Below, piece by piece: positions 9,349 through 18,542 of a DNA stretch of 64,000 bases. The stretch is from Candidatus Moraniibacteriota bacterium. GTDB taxonomy: Bacteria > Patescibacteriota > Minisyncoccia > Moranbacterales > UBA1568. Where the stretch lies: the NCBI GenBank assembly GCA_037133435.1, contig JBAXOD010000004.1, positions 90 through 64,089 on the forward strand, read 5' to 3'. The notes beneath the pieces were generated by a model. That model did no database searches. It was not told the DNA's origin and saw only the letters and a program-made list of their open reading frames with translations. How positions within the stretch are numbered: position 1 is the first letter of the stretch; each line of letters opens with the position of its first letter. Both the position numbers and the translations under genes were made by a program.

Positions 9349-9789
9349 TCAATTCAGATTCAGTATTATATGATCAAGAGCATCCGACGAATTGAGGTCG
9401 ACATACGATGCGACCGATACGGATATCGGCCCGACGGAGACGACCACGACGCATGATTCATTTCTCAAGTCCCGCTCCCTCATCCACGTCTCCGGAAAAT
9501 CGTTCCTGAGCACTCCGACCGGGACTTCACTCCATCGTTTGAAAAATTCATCTACAAGTGCGATATGATTCTCCCCCCTGAGTTGTCGCCGCAGCTCATC
9601 CGAACAGAATTCTTCCAGATGAGATACGAATTTTTCATTGAGAAAATTATCATCGAATCGCTCATCCTCCATATGGACCATGAAACGTATCAAGGCGGCA
9701 TTTCCGCATAACCTCTCATCATCCTCGAAAATCCTTTTCAGATAAAGGACATTCAGGACATCTCCGAAGAAAAATGTTCGATTGTTCAT
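9349..9789 (-). CDS. Hypothetical protein.
   Basis: ORF 9349..9849 with the likely start at the internal ATG (MNNRTFFFGDVLNV...). Local GC is lower. No recognisable motif. Confidence 0.35.
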   Translation of the reverse strand: MNNRTFFFGDVLNVLYLKRIFEDDERLCGNAALIRFMVHMEDERFDDNFLNEKFVSHLEEFCSDELRRQLRGENHIALVDEFFKRWSEVPVGVLRNDFPETWMRERDLRNESCVVVVSVGPISVSVASYVDLNSSDALDHIILNLN

Positions 9790-9924
9790 TGTGAAGGTTC
9801 CGGTTGGGTTCCCGCAAGCGCCGCGGTGGGCAAAGCCGTTTTTCAGCATCAGTATAGCGTATTTTTCAGAAATGAAAAGGCATATCCCAAGAATATGCCT
9901 GTTTTCAGTGTGATGGGTTACAGC

Positions 9925-12033
9925 CTACCGGAGAATCTTTTCGCGGATCGGTTTACGAAACGTTATCAAGAGCCAGGCGATAATAACCCCAGCTATCAGG
10001 CTTACCGAGATAGCGACATAGAGCGGACGCGGGAAGTAGTATGCCGTCACGACGTGCTCCCCTCCTGAAAGTGGGAAACTGAAGAATATGCCGTCACGCG
10101 TTATCGGGACCGGGGTCCCGTCGACGTCCACCCTCCAGTTCGGATCGTATTTGAGATACGTTCGAACCACCGAGTCCGCGGGATTGTTCACACGCATGAC
10201 GATCCTCCCCTCGGTCTTTTCGACGTACTCGCCCGGCAGGTCGTTTCTGATCAGGTCAAGCGTCTTTTCGGTCAAATGCGTTATCGTGCCGTCCTTTCGG
10301 GAAATCGCGACGATGCCGATATCGACGAGCTGCTGGAAATTCTCGCTCGGTATCTTGTCGTACGATTTCTTGATATCCCCCAATCCCAGACGCTTGTAGA
10401 TATCGATGTACGACTTCTCCTCGAACTGGCTGTATCCGAACGGACTCCAGGAATCATAATAGAGCGATTCCATACCCTCCACCCGTACGGAACCCAGAAC
10501 GACACGCCGGTTCGCCAGCTCCGCCGGGATGGTCGCTACCTTATAATCCGATATATCCTTCAATCGGAATTCGAGCACATCCTTACTGAAAGTGACGAGG
10601 TCGAAAAAAACGATGCAGGCGAGCAGCAGTTGCACCGCGAATACAGACTGCCACGCGACCTTCGCCGGAATGAATTTCCTGATGATCAGATACAGAATGA
10701 CAACGGCGATGATCGACCCGGTGATGATCGCGAGCACTGGAAAATATCCGTACGATACGATGGTATGAAGCGACGTCCGCTTGGCCATCTTCGCAACCAG
10801 GCTATCGTCGGCATTCAATCGCTCAATAATGAACAGATAGACGACCGGAGGAATCAGGAATACCGCCCCCATACGGAGGTGCTTCGGGGAAATCGCCCTG
10901 ATGTTTTCAATAAACAAGGCCGCCAGAAATGCGACTCCGAAACTCGACAAAGCGACGGTCCGTTCCCAATCCCGAAACAGCGTCAATAGCGGCGTGCCCG
11001 CCGGAACGAGATGATTGTACTTCAGAAACGAGAAGATGAGAAAGATCCAGATGAACACGTACGCGGCCACGACGTCACGGGATTTTCTCAAGAGCGCGAT
11101 CGCGAGACCCGCGAGCAATACCGAGGAAAGACCGAGATAGGTATAGATTTCCGTGTAGGTGAATCCCACATCGATTTTCTTGCCCTGAAAATGCACGTAC
11201 CCACCGAGTAAGTATGGGACGAAGGAAAAGACGGCCATCGACGGCGTGAGCGAGCCCTTGAGATAATCCAGATCCACCTCGCGACTGCTGCCGCCGAAAA
11301 GCCCGAATGTGGGCAGGATCTGCGGGAACGATTCCACGAAGACGAGCGCGACAAGGAGCAAGAAATAAAATGTGAATGTACGAAGCCGCATCTTCCTGAA
11401 CCCGAGGACGGCCATGTACGCGAACACTCCCATACCGACGATGATCGCCGACTGCATATGACCCCACAGGACCGCGTTCGTGAGCACGAGCGACTGCAGG
11501 ACGATCAGACCCGTCTTCCGTCTCTCGAGGAACAGATCGGTCAACAGGAGCGCCGTCGGGATCAGGAAAAAGGCCATCACGATATTGAAGTGTATCTGAT
11601 GGTCGATGGAAAAGGTGTTGAAATAATAGATGACGTTTCCGACCGCGAATCCGAGAAGGCCCATTCCTTTGCGCCGCAACAGGAAAAAAAGAGACAGCGA
11701 CCCGAGCAGGTATTCCGCCACGTGCAGCACTTTGTAAGAAATCTCCGGACCGAAGACGAGGATGCTTCCGACATTCACCGGATTCAGGTAGGAATTCTCC
11801 AGGTCCGCGTAGATCGGAAACCCGGAATACAGGCGTTCCGTCCAGAACGGGAACGTATGATGATTGACGATCTGATCATACAGATACGCCCGTGCCGGAA
11901 CATATTCTATCTCCGCGTCACTCCCCCAGAAATAGTGCGTCGCGGTCAGAAACGGCCCGTAAAACAGCACGTACGTCGAACACGATATGAGGATCGCGAA
12001 CAGTAAAATCTTGTGTCGGACGATGAATTTCAT
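9925..12033 (-). CDS. Large polytopic membrane protein (YfhO-like / GT-C-like) with a C-terminal extracytoplasmic domain.
   Basis: 702 aa with more than 12 TM helices followed by a ~200-aa soluble C-terminal domain. It is in an operon with glycosylation genes. Confidence 0.4.
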   Translation of the reverse strand: MKFIVRHKILLFAILISCSTYVLFYGPFLTATHYFWGSDAEIEYVPARAYLYDQIVNHHTFPFWTERLYSGFPIYADLENSYLNPVNVGSILVFGPEISYKVLHVAEYLLGSLSLFFLLRRKGMGLLGFAVGNVIYYFNTFSIDHQIHFNIVMAFFLIPTALLLTDLFLERRKTGLIVLQSLVLTNAVLWGHMQSAIIVGMGVFAYMAVLGFRKMRLRTFTFYFLLLVALVFVESFPQILPTFGLFGGSSREVDLDYLKGSLTPSMAVFSFVPYLLGGYVHFQGKKIDVGFTYTEIYTYLGLSSVLLAGLAIALLRKSRDVVAAYVFIWIFLIFSFLKYNHLVPAGTPLLTLFRDWERTVALSSFGVAFLAALFIENIRAISPKHLRMGAVFLIPPVVYLFIIERLNADDSLVAKMAKRTSLHTIVSYGYFPVLAIITGSIIAVVILYLIIRKFIPAKVAWQSVFAVQLLLACIVFFDLVTFSKDVLEFRLKDISDYKVATIPAELANRRVVLGSVRVEGMESLYYDSWSPFGYSQFEEKSYIDIYKRLGLGDIKKSYDKIPSENFQQLVDIGIVAISRKDGTITHLTEKTLDLIRNDLPGEYVEKTEGRIVMRVNNPADSVVRTYLKYDPNWRVDVDGTPVPITRDGIFFSFPLSGGEHVVTAYYFPRPLYVAISVSLIAGVIIAWLLITFRKPIREKILR

Positions 12034-12044
12034 ATCTAGTTCGA

Positions 12045-13136
12045 TCAGAACGCATTCAAGAGCGAAACGACCGTCCGGACGTCTTCCTCGGTATGAAAGG
12101 ACGAGATAGGCAGACTGAGTGTCGTCTCATGGATCAGGTCGGCGATCGGATACTCCTCACCTTCGAAATGGCTGCATATCGCCTTCTGACGATGGGGCGA
12201 TATCGGATAATGGATTTCCGTCTTCACCCCGTTCTCAAGCAGATATTGTCTCAGCTCGTCACGCTTCGGATGACGGATATTGTAGATGTGATAGGTGTCG
12301 AAGAAGCGCTCATCCACGACCGGCTTGATAAAATCATCTTTCAGTCCCTCGTGATAGATGGCGGCGAGCGACCGCTTGTGCGCGATGGTCTCATCGAGCC
12401 GTTTCAGTTTCACACGCAAGAGTGCCGCCTGCACCTCGTCGAGCCGGGAGTTCGTCCCGATCAGGTCGTTCTTATACTTGATTTCCGACCCGTAATTGCG
12501 GAGTTTCCGGACCGTCGCGGCCGTTTCCGGATCCGTCGTGGTCACGGCCCCCGCTTCACCGAGCGCGCCGAGGTTCTTGGTGGGATAGAAACTGAACGCC
12601 CCGGCGTCGCCGAACGACCCGGCCTTTTTTCCGAGAAAGCACGATCCGTGCGCCTGCGCGCAGTCTTCCACAAGCCTGAGTCCGTGCCGATGAGCGATGC
12701 CTTTGATCTTGTCCATCTCGGCGCATTTCCCGTACAGATGGACGATCATCAATGCCTTGGTTTTGTCGGTAATCTTCTCCTCGATCCGTTCCGGGTCGAT
12801 ATTGTATGTCCGGATATCCGGCTCCACGAGGACCGGCTTGAGTCCGGCATCGAATATGGACAGGATGGTGGCGATATAGGTGTTCGACGGGACGATCACT
12901 TCGCTTCCTTCCGGCAGGTCGAACGAACGCAGCGAAAGCTCCAACGCGTCGAGTCCGCTCCCGACCCCGACACAGTGTTCCGTTCCGACATACGCCGCGA
13001 AGGACTCCTCGAAACTCAAGACGTTCTTGCCGAGCACATACCATCCGGATTCCAGCACTTCCCGGAACGCCGCCTCCAGTTCCGGAAAGAACGGTTCGTT
13101 CGATTTCCCGAGATTCTCGTATTCGATCATATTCAT
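12045..13136 (-). CDS. DegT/DnrJ/EryC1/StrS-family PLP-dependent sugar aminotransferase.
   Basis: [20 protein letters not shown]... [30 protein letters not shown]. Start taken at ATG 13136 (the track ORF extends to 13334 through an Arg-rich junk N-terminus). There is a 4-nt ATGA overlap with the upstream cupin gene. Confidence 0.85.
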   Translation of the reverse strand: MNMIEYENLGKSNEPFFPELEAAFREVLESGWYVLGKNVLSFEESFAAYVGTEHCVGVGSGLDALELSLRSFDLPEGSEVIVPSNTYIATILSIFDAGLKPVLVEPDIRTYNIDPERIEEKITDKTKALMIVHLYGKCAEMDKIKGIAHRHGLRLVEDCAQAHGSCFLGKKAGSFGDAGAFSFYPTKNLGALGEAGAVTTTDPETAATVRKLRNYGSEIKYKNDLIGTNSRLDEVQAALLRVKLKRLDETIAHKRSLAAIYHEGLKDDFIKPVVDERFFDTYHIYNIRHPKRDELRQYLLENGVKTEIHYPISPHRQKAICSHFEGEEYPIADLIHETTLSLPISSFHTEEDVRTVVSLLNAF

Positions 13137-13495
13137 GATTGCGGTTCGTCGATATAATCGTCCGGATCGTAGTACTCGCTCACCAAGGCGAGGAGTATCG
13201 CGTTCGGCGAGAAATCGTACATGGTTCGGAATTCCTCGGGACCGAGAATCAGGATCTTCTCCGGCTCGTCCAGGTCGTAGATGCCGATCGATTTCCCGGT
13301 GTTCACCTTCACCTTGCAGCTGCCGCTCACGCACACGAGTGCCGTCCTGTTGCGCTTGTGCCGATGGTTCCCGCGATCGTCCGACACGCCGTAAATGAAG
13401 AATATCCTCCGTATATCGAACGGGACGACTTTCTCGATCACCGTCAGACTTCCGCGTTTGTCGACGAAGGTTTTCGCCCGTAATATTTCTGCCAT
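13133..13495 (-). CDS. WxcM/FdtA-like cupin, probable NDP-4-keto-6-deoxy-sugar 3,4-ketoisomerase.
   Basis: 120 aa, ...[11 protein letters not shown]...[15 protein letters not shown]... cupin. Translationally coupled to the aminotransferase. Confidence 0.6.
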   Translation of the reverse strand: MAEILRAKTFVDKRGSLTVIEKVVPFDIRRIFFIYGVSDDRGNHRHKRNRTALVCVSGSCKVKVNTGKSIGIYDLDEPEKILILGPEEFRTMYDFSPNAILLALVSEYYDPDDYIDEPQS

Positions 13496-13517
13496 ATCCG
13501 TTTCCGTTTATATGCGT

Positions 13518-14684
13518 TTACGCCGCCGGTTCGTCCATCGGGACCCGTCGCCGCAACCACACGAATTTCTTCTGTGTCGAATAGTTCCAGAAAAAGGTCA
13601 CCCCGAGTCCGACGACGAAGAAGAAGTTCGCGACCAAAATACCCTCGCCGAAGGCGTTCGTACCGGTCCAGACGATCGCGGCCTGGATCAGGGTCGCCAC
13701 CATCACGATCACGTAGAATTTGGCGAACGCGAGAAGCGAGACACCGATGGCCGTATGTTTGCGGTCATGGAAGGTATAGAAATTATTGAGCAGATAGGAC
13801 GTGACGATGGCGAACTGATCGGCGAGAATCGTCGCCCACGCCGGATTCATGTGAAACACGGCGATGAACACGTTGAAAAGGACGGCCTGCAGTACTATAC
13901 TCGACAGTCCGACCATGCCGAAACGGACGATGCGGAGACTGTTGGCCGGGTCGTATGTTTTCCGGATCACGAAATAGAGTTTCAGATCGCCCAAGAGTTT
14001 TTCCTTGAAGAGGCCCCACGGCGTGTAGTTCGATATTCCGTATTCGCGCGAATAATGCGACACCGGCACCTCGACGAACGTGGCACCGACGATTTCCAGT
14101 TTCTTGATCATCTCGCCGAGAATCGAGGCGTTCTCACTCAGGAGGGTTATCTTGTCCATGCATTCGCGCCTTATGAGACGGAAATCACAGTCCGTATCAC
14201 GGATCGGAAGCTCGAAGACGTACCGGCTGAATCGGGCATACATATCACCGAGGAAGTGACGGATGAAACCGTCCCCACGGTTCGTCTTGTACCCGTTCAC
14301 GACATCGGCTCCGGTATCCACGTGCCGTTGCACCAAAAGCGCGAGCTCGCGCATGTCGTATTGCGCGTCCCCGTCGGTATAGAATATCCAGTCCTTGGTC
14401 GCGGCCGCGAAGCCGTATTTGATGACCGCGTATCCTTCGGTATTGTCCGTCTTGTCCACCACGACCAGATCGGGGTGACGTTCTTTCATCTCGCGGATTT
14501 TCGCGAACGTGCCGTCCTTCGAATTCCCGCCGTGTATAGCGATGACTTCGACCAGATCGGCCACTTCCGCACCGACCTCGTAGGCCGCCTCAATCTGCTT
14601 TTCTACCGTCCCCTCGTCGTTATAGAACGGGAAGAATATGGACAACGAATCGAGTTTTGCGGACGTTATGGGATCGTTTTGCAT
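13518..14684 (-). CDS. GT2 glycosyltransferase fused to a GtrA-like membrane domain (polyprenol-phosphate sugar transferase, DPM1/ArnC-like).
   Basis: N-terminal IFFPFYNDEG...YTDGDAQYD (DxD) catalytic domain. C-terminal ~120 aa have 4 TM helices (GtrA-like). Confidence 0.8.
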   Translation of the reverse strand: MQNDPITSAKLDSLSIFFPFYNDEGTVEKQIEAAYEVGAEVADLVEVIAIHGGNSKDGTFAKIREMKERHPDLVVVDKTDNTEGYAVIKYGFAAATKDWIFYTDGDAQYDMRELALLVQRHVDTGADVVNGYKTNRGDGFIRHFLGDMYARFSRYVFELPIRDTDCDFRLIRRECMDKITLLSENASILGEMIKKLEIVGATFVEVPVSHYSREYGISNYTPWGLFKEKLLGDLKLYFVIRKTYDPANSLRIVRFGMVGLSSIVLQAVLFNVFIAVFHMNPAWATILADQFAIVTSYLLNNFYTFHDRKHTAIGVSLLAFAKFYVIVMVATLIQAAIVWTGTNAFGEGILVANFFFVVGLGVTFFWNYSTQKKFVWLRRRVPMDEPAA

Positions 14685-14862
14685 ATGATGAGCACAGATT
14701 CGTTGACGGATGGAATACGTTTTCTACGACCCGCACTACAGCCGCCACAATAGCCGAATAGTCTTTATTATAGCGGTTTTTCATCTTTTGTACAGACCAT
14801 GAATTCACACGTTCTGCCAAAGCATCATCCTCAAAATTCCAGTCTTTCAAAAAGGTTGGTTT

Positions 14863-15019
14863 AGAGCCTATCCGTTAGGGTCTCCGTCACGAGCCGTACG
14901 AGCTTCGAACGGAAAGGCGGGTAACCCGCGGAGCCCTATCGAGATAAGGCGACAAGGGGTACGCGCGTGTACGCCGAAGATCGTAGGCGCGGGAGGTATG
15001 TTCCTAACGGATAGGCTCT
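14863..15019. repeat. Structured repeat, family 2, copy 2 (perfect 17-nt terminal inverted repeats).
   Basis: agagcctatccgttaggg ... cctaacggataggctct. It lies in an intergenic position between two minus-strand glycosyltransferase genes. Confidence 0.5.
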
Positions 15020-16572
15020 TAATTCCGACTCCCCGAATTTCCCCATCGAAACACGACGACGTCGCCGCGGATCAATGGATCACTCTGCCGGTCCATGTTT
15101 TTGTACATGAAGTTCTCGGCATCGCGTGAGACGTAGTCCGTATCGTTATCGGACATGATTATCCAACCGGTCGGATACTGGCTCATAAGCGACTGCAGTT
15201 CCGCGACGGAAAGTTTCGCGGTCGAAAGTTCACCGCCGAAATCGTAGACCGGCGCGTGCATGCCGCTCAAGTAGTAGTTCCGGAAATTCCGCGTAACGAC
15301 GACTTCCCCTTTCGTGGCGTTCTTTCGGAAAAATTGGAATATCTTCCGGTAATTCGCGCTACTCGAAGTCGACGTCTGATGATACGTGTTGTTCTCCTCG
15401 AAGAAATATCCCCAGTTGGGGACCAAGATCGCGAGCGCGACGGTCGACACGAGGACGGCATGCTTCCATTTCGACGAAAGCAGCGCCTTCGTCTCGCGTA
15501 CAACGGCATATCCTCCGGCGGCGATGAGGATCATCAGGAACGATTGCGCGAAGAAGATATACTGATGCCCCTCGTTTCGTCGCCAGAACCATATCGCCAT
15601 GACAAGCGGCACGAGAAACGACGAGAGCAGCCAGACGGATTCCCGCTCCTTTCCGAATTTCCTGATGAGCATCCACGCCCCGAGAAGGGCGAGGACGATC
15701 GCGAAGATCGGTTCACCGTAATCGGAAACCACGTACCCGAGATACGAATAGTGATTGTCGAACCAGGTAAGCGTCCCGAGAGAGAATTTCACTTTCTCAG
15801 GCACCGCGATCACGAGGGCGAGCGCAGCCGCGATCCCGGCCGCCGCCGTCACCACATACTTATTCCGATACCCGTTCCCCTTCCGCCACTCGATCACGGC
15901 CATCGCGAGGACATAGACACCGAAGATCGGGAGGATATTGGCCGTCAGCTGATGCGTCATCGAGCTCGCGATGCCGAAGAAAATCGTCGGAACCAGAAAG
16001 AGGGCATTCGTCCCCGTCTTTTTCCAGATCGTGCGGACGACCTTCAGTTTCCCCTTGTACTCGTTCTCATAAAAAAGGAACAGCGAGGACGAAAACAGGA
16101 GGAATACCGGAAAAAACATCGCGTACATGCGGAGCCTCCGATCGAACTCGAGTCCGGAAACGGAAACCGCGAAAAGGAACGCGGCGAACAGCCCGACCGT
16201 ACGCCGACCCGAAAACTTCCAACCCGCGAAAAACATGGCCGCGATCGAGATCACGCCCCACAGTGCCGACACCGATCGGGCATTCGCCTCCGTCGGGGAC
16301 AGAAATCTGAAAACTTGTGCCACCTGCCACTTGTAGATATTGGCTCGTTCATCGCGGGCATCGTTCCCGTTCACGATCGCCGCCTTTCCGTCATTGAAGT
16401 CCCACGCTTTCCACTCCCCGGTCTTGAAATAACCGTAGGAAGAATTGATGTCCAGGAACTCGTCAGCGACGAACGAGTTATTTCCGAGTCCGAAGAACCG
16501 GAGCGCCGCACCGAGCACGAGAATCGCCACGAATATCTGGAGTTTCCTTTGCCGTATCAGTTTCATCAACAT
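15019..16572 (-). CDS. GT-C glycosyltransferase, PMT/ArnT (GT39/GT83-like) family, number 1 of 3.
   Basis: LRFFGLGNNSFVADEFL motif typical of PMT_2/ArnT. 517 aa, polytopic. Confidence 0.75.
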   Translation of the reverse strand: MLMKLIRQRKLQIFVAILVLGAALRFFGLGNNSFVADEFLDINSSYGYFKTGEWKAWDFNDGKAAIVNGNDARDERANIYKWQVAQVFRFLSPTEANARSVSALWGVISIAAMFFAGWKFSGRRTVGLFAAFLFAVSVSGLEFDRRLRMYAMFFPVFLLFSSSLFLFYENEYKGKLKVVRTIWKKTGTNALFLVPTIFFGIASSMTHQLTANILPIFGVYVLAMAVIEWRKGNGYRNKYVVTAAAGIAAALALVIAVPEKVKFSLGTLTWFDNHYSYLGYVVSDYGEPIFAIVLALLGAWMLIRKFGKERESVWLLSSFLVPLVMAIWFWRRNEGHQYIFFAQSFLMILIAAGGYAVVRETKALLSSKWKHAVLVSTVALAILVPNWGYFFEENNTYHQTSTSSSANYRKIFQFFRKNATKGEVVVTRNFRNYYLSGMHAPVYDFGGELSTAKLSVAELQSLMSQYPTGWIIMSDNDTDYVSRDAENFMYKNMDRQSDPLIRGDVVVFRWGNSGSRN

Positions 16573-16656
16573 ATGGGTCGCGTTAACGTTTTATGATATT
16601 CGTCGATTACGTTCTCACTTCTCCCCCGAAAAATTCTCCTCCGAAAAATGCCCCGA

Positions 16657-18453
16657 TCAATTCCCGTCGTCTTCCTCATCCGCCGTGTCGTTTCCGGTAT
16701 CGTTTTGCCGCTGCCACCACTCGCGCCACGTATAGCGAGGAAGCGCGGCCGTGGTCTTCGTCGTCGAGGTATCGAAAATCTGACGCTCGTCCTGGATCGC
16801 TTCCGGTTTGGGGCGGAACTCGATCAGCGTGAGCGTTCCGAATTCCCGAGTATCGATGGTATCATACTTGTCGAGATACTTTTTGGTCGCGCCGGACAGG
16901 TCCGACTGCGTCCGCAGGATCGTGACATATATCCCCTCCCTGTATATGCCGTCGAATCCGAGCACACCGTTCTCCACACCCGAGCGATCAAGCAGATATT
17001 TGAGCGCCCGCCGATGTTGGGGCTCACTGAACATATAGACCGGATATCCGTGCTCGTCGGATCTCGATTTGAGGTATGCGACGATGGTCGATTGCTGTCC
17101 AAGAGTCACCCGGGTGAGTTCCTTCAAAATCCGATCCGGCGCGATCCGGACGGATTCCGTTCCGGCTCGTCCTAGCTGTTCGAACCGCTTCGTCAGACGA
17201 TAGAGATTCGAACAGGCGAGCGTCGCGATAGCGACAGCGGTCATGAGTATCACGAAGCGTTTCCATGGAAGGAGTTTCCCTGCAGCTTCGGAAAGGAATC
17301 CCAGAAGAAGGAACGGGATCGGCGCGGTGACAAGAAAGAACCGCGGAGCGAATCCATACGCAAGCGGCAAAAAAACGAAGAACGGGACCAGAAACCACAG
17401 GATTGAAAGCAACAGTACATCCGATTTTCGTCGGTTCTTTTCATTCCGAATGAGGTATCCGAGAGAAACGAGTGAGGACACGAAAATGACCAACGCGAGG
17501 ATACCGTATTTCAACCCCCTCATACAGGCCGAATTGCAGGTAACGAACGAACCGTCCTGCGAGGAAGTGTTTCCGAACGAATAGAACCCACCGCCCTCAT
17601 ACCCCGAAGCGACGACCATATAGCCGAGCGCATGTTCCGTGGTATCCTTCACGAGTTTCCCGGCAAGAGAATGCTGACCTTGTGACGATTTGTTCGTGAC
17701 TGCGGCAATGAACGCCTTGGAATTCGCTCCCCCCGTATCGATTTCGTTCAAGACGACCGGAACATAGAAAAAGAGTCCCGCCGCGAGCGCGACCGTCCAT
17801 ACCTTCCACGGGAATCGCGGTCTTCTGATGAGGAGGAAGGCGGCCGTGACGACCGGCAGGGTCAGAAACGCCAGAAAGTGCAGATGGGTAGAGAATCCGA
17901 TCGCGAACGCGGCGAGCACGAACCATCTGCCGGCATGTCTCGCCTCGGGCTCGACGGACCGGAGCAAGGCGTAGAATCCGAGTAACGCGAAAAACGGGAT
18001 GGGATTCGGATTCCATGCGAATCGTCCATACATCGTCAGGAAGGCCGAGACCGAAAAGAGGAGCGTAAGCCCGAGAGAAAGACGCTCCGAGAAATATCGC
18101 CGCGCGAACAGAAAGAAAAGCGGGATGGAGAGGACGGACAGGATCGGCATGAACGTCGCCATCCCGACCGGTGTCGGACCGAAGAGCAGTCCGCTCAGGT
18201 ACTGCAGGTAGTAGAATCCGGGACCGAGACGGAGCGACGTGCCGCCAGCCTTCATCCCGAGCAGCGTCAGATCGCCGGGACCGCCGAAGAGGGCGTCATC
18301 CACGACCCGGGCATCCCGCGCCTGGTCGAGTTCGAAATGCAGCCAGTCGGGAAAATGAGAGAATCGGAGAAACGCCCCGAGAGCGATGATCAGCATGAGA
18401 AGCGACATCCCGACGGAAATCCTGCCAAGAAGGGCTTTCTTTTCCTGTGACAT
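16657..18453 (-). CDS. GT-C glycosyltransferase, PMT/ArnT family, number 2 of 3.
   Basis: LRFSHFPDWLHFELDQARD motif. 598 aa, polytopic, with an acidic C-terminal tail. Confidence 0.75.
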   Translation of the reverse strand: MSQEKKALLGRISVGMSLLMLIIALGAFLRFSHFPDWLHFELDQARDARVVDDALFGGPGDLTLLGMKAGGTSLRLGPGFYYLQYLSGLLFGPTPVGMATFMPILSVLSIPLFFLFARRYFSERLSLGLTLLFSVSAFLTMYGRFAWNPNPIPFFALLGFYALLRSVEPEARHAGRWFVLAAFAIGFSTHLHFLAFLTLPVVTAAFLLIRRPRFPWKVWTVALAAGLFFYVPVVLNEIDTGGANSKAFIAAVTNKSSQGQHSLAGKLVKDTTEHALGYMVVASGYEGGGFYSFGNTSSQDGSFVTCNSACMRGLKYGILALVIFVSSLVSLGYLIRNEKNRRKSDVLLLSILWFLVPFFVFLPLAYGFAPRFFLVTAPIPFLLLGFLSEAAGKLLPWKRFVILMTAVAIATLACSNLYRLTKRFEQLGRAGTESVRIAPDRILKELTRVTLGQQSTIVAYLKSRSDEHGYPVYMFSEPQHRRALKYLLDRSGVENGVLGFDGIYREGIYVTILRTQSDLSGATKKYLDKYDTIDTREFGTLTLIEFRPKPEAIQDERQIFDTSTTKTTAALPRYTWREWWQRQNDTGNDTADEEDDGN

Positions 18454-18542
18454 TGTGGTAACGTATCGGGTATTAGAGGTCCGTTTCCGGACCGAATTTC
18501 ATAAAAATTGTACCGCTTTCCGCCGAAGAAAGCAATCATCCT

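Noticed and set aside
7711-9456. 581-aa ORF rich in Arg, His and Pro.
   Set aside because: It is an alternative frame of the Wzx flippase gene in GC-rich DNA. It has low-complexity RHP composition and no motifs.
12093-16596. Long plus-strand ORFs (12093..13157, 13395..14753, 15256..16596).
   Set aside because: They are antisense to the well-supported aminotransferase, GT2 and GT-C genes. Their composition is Arg/Asp/His-rich and non-protein-like.
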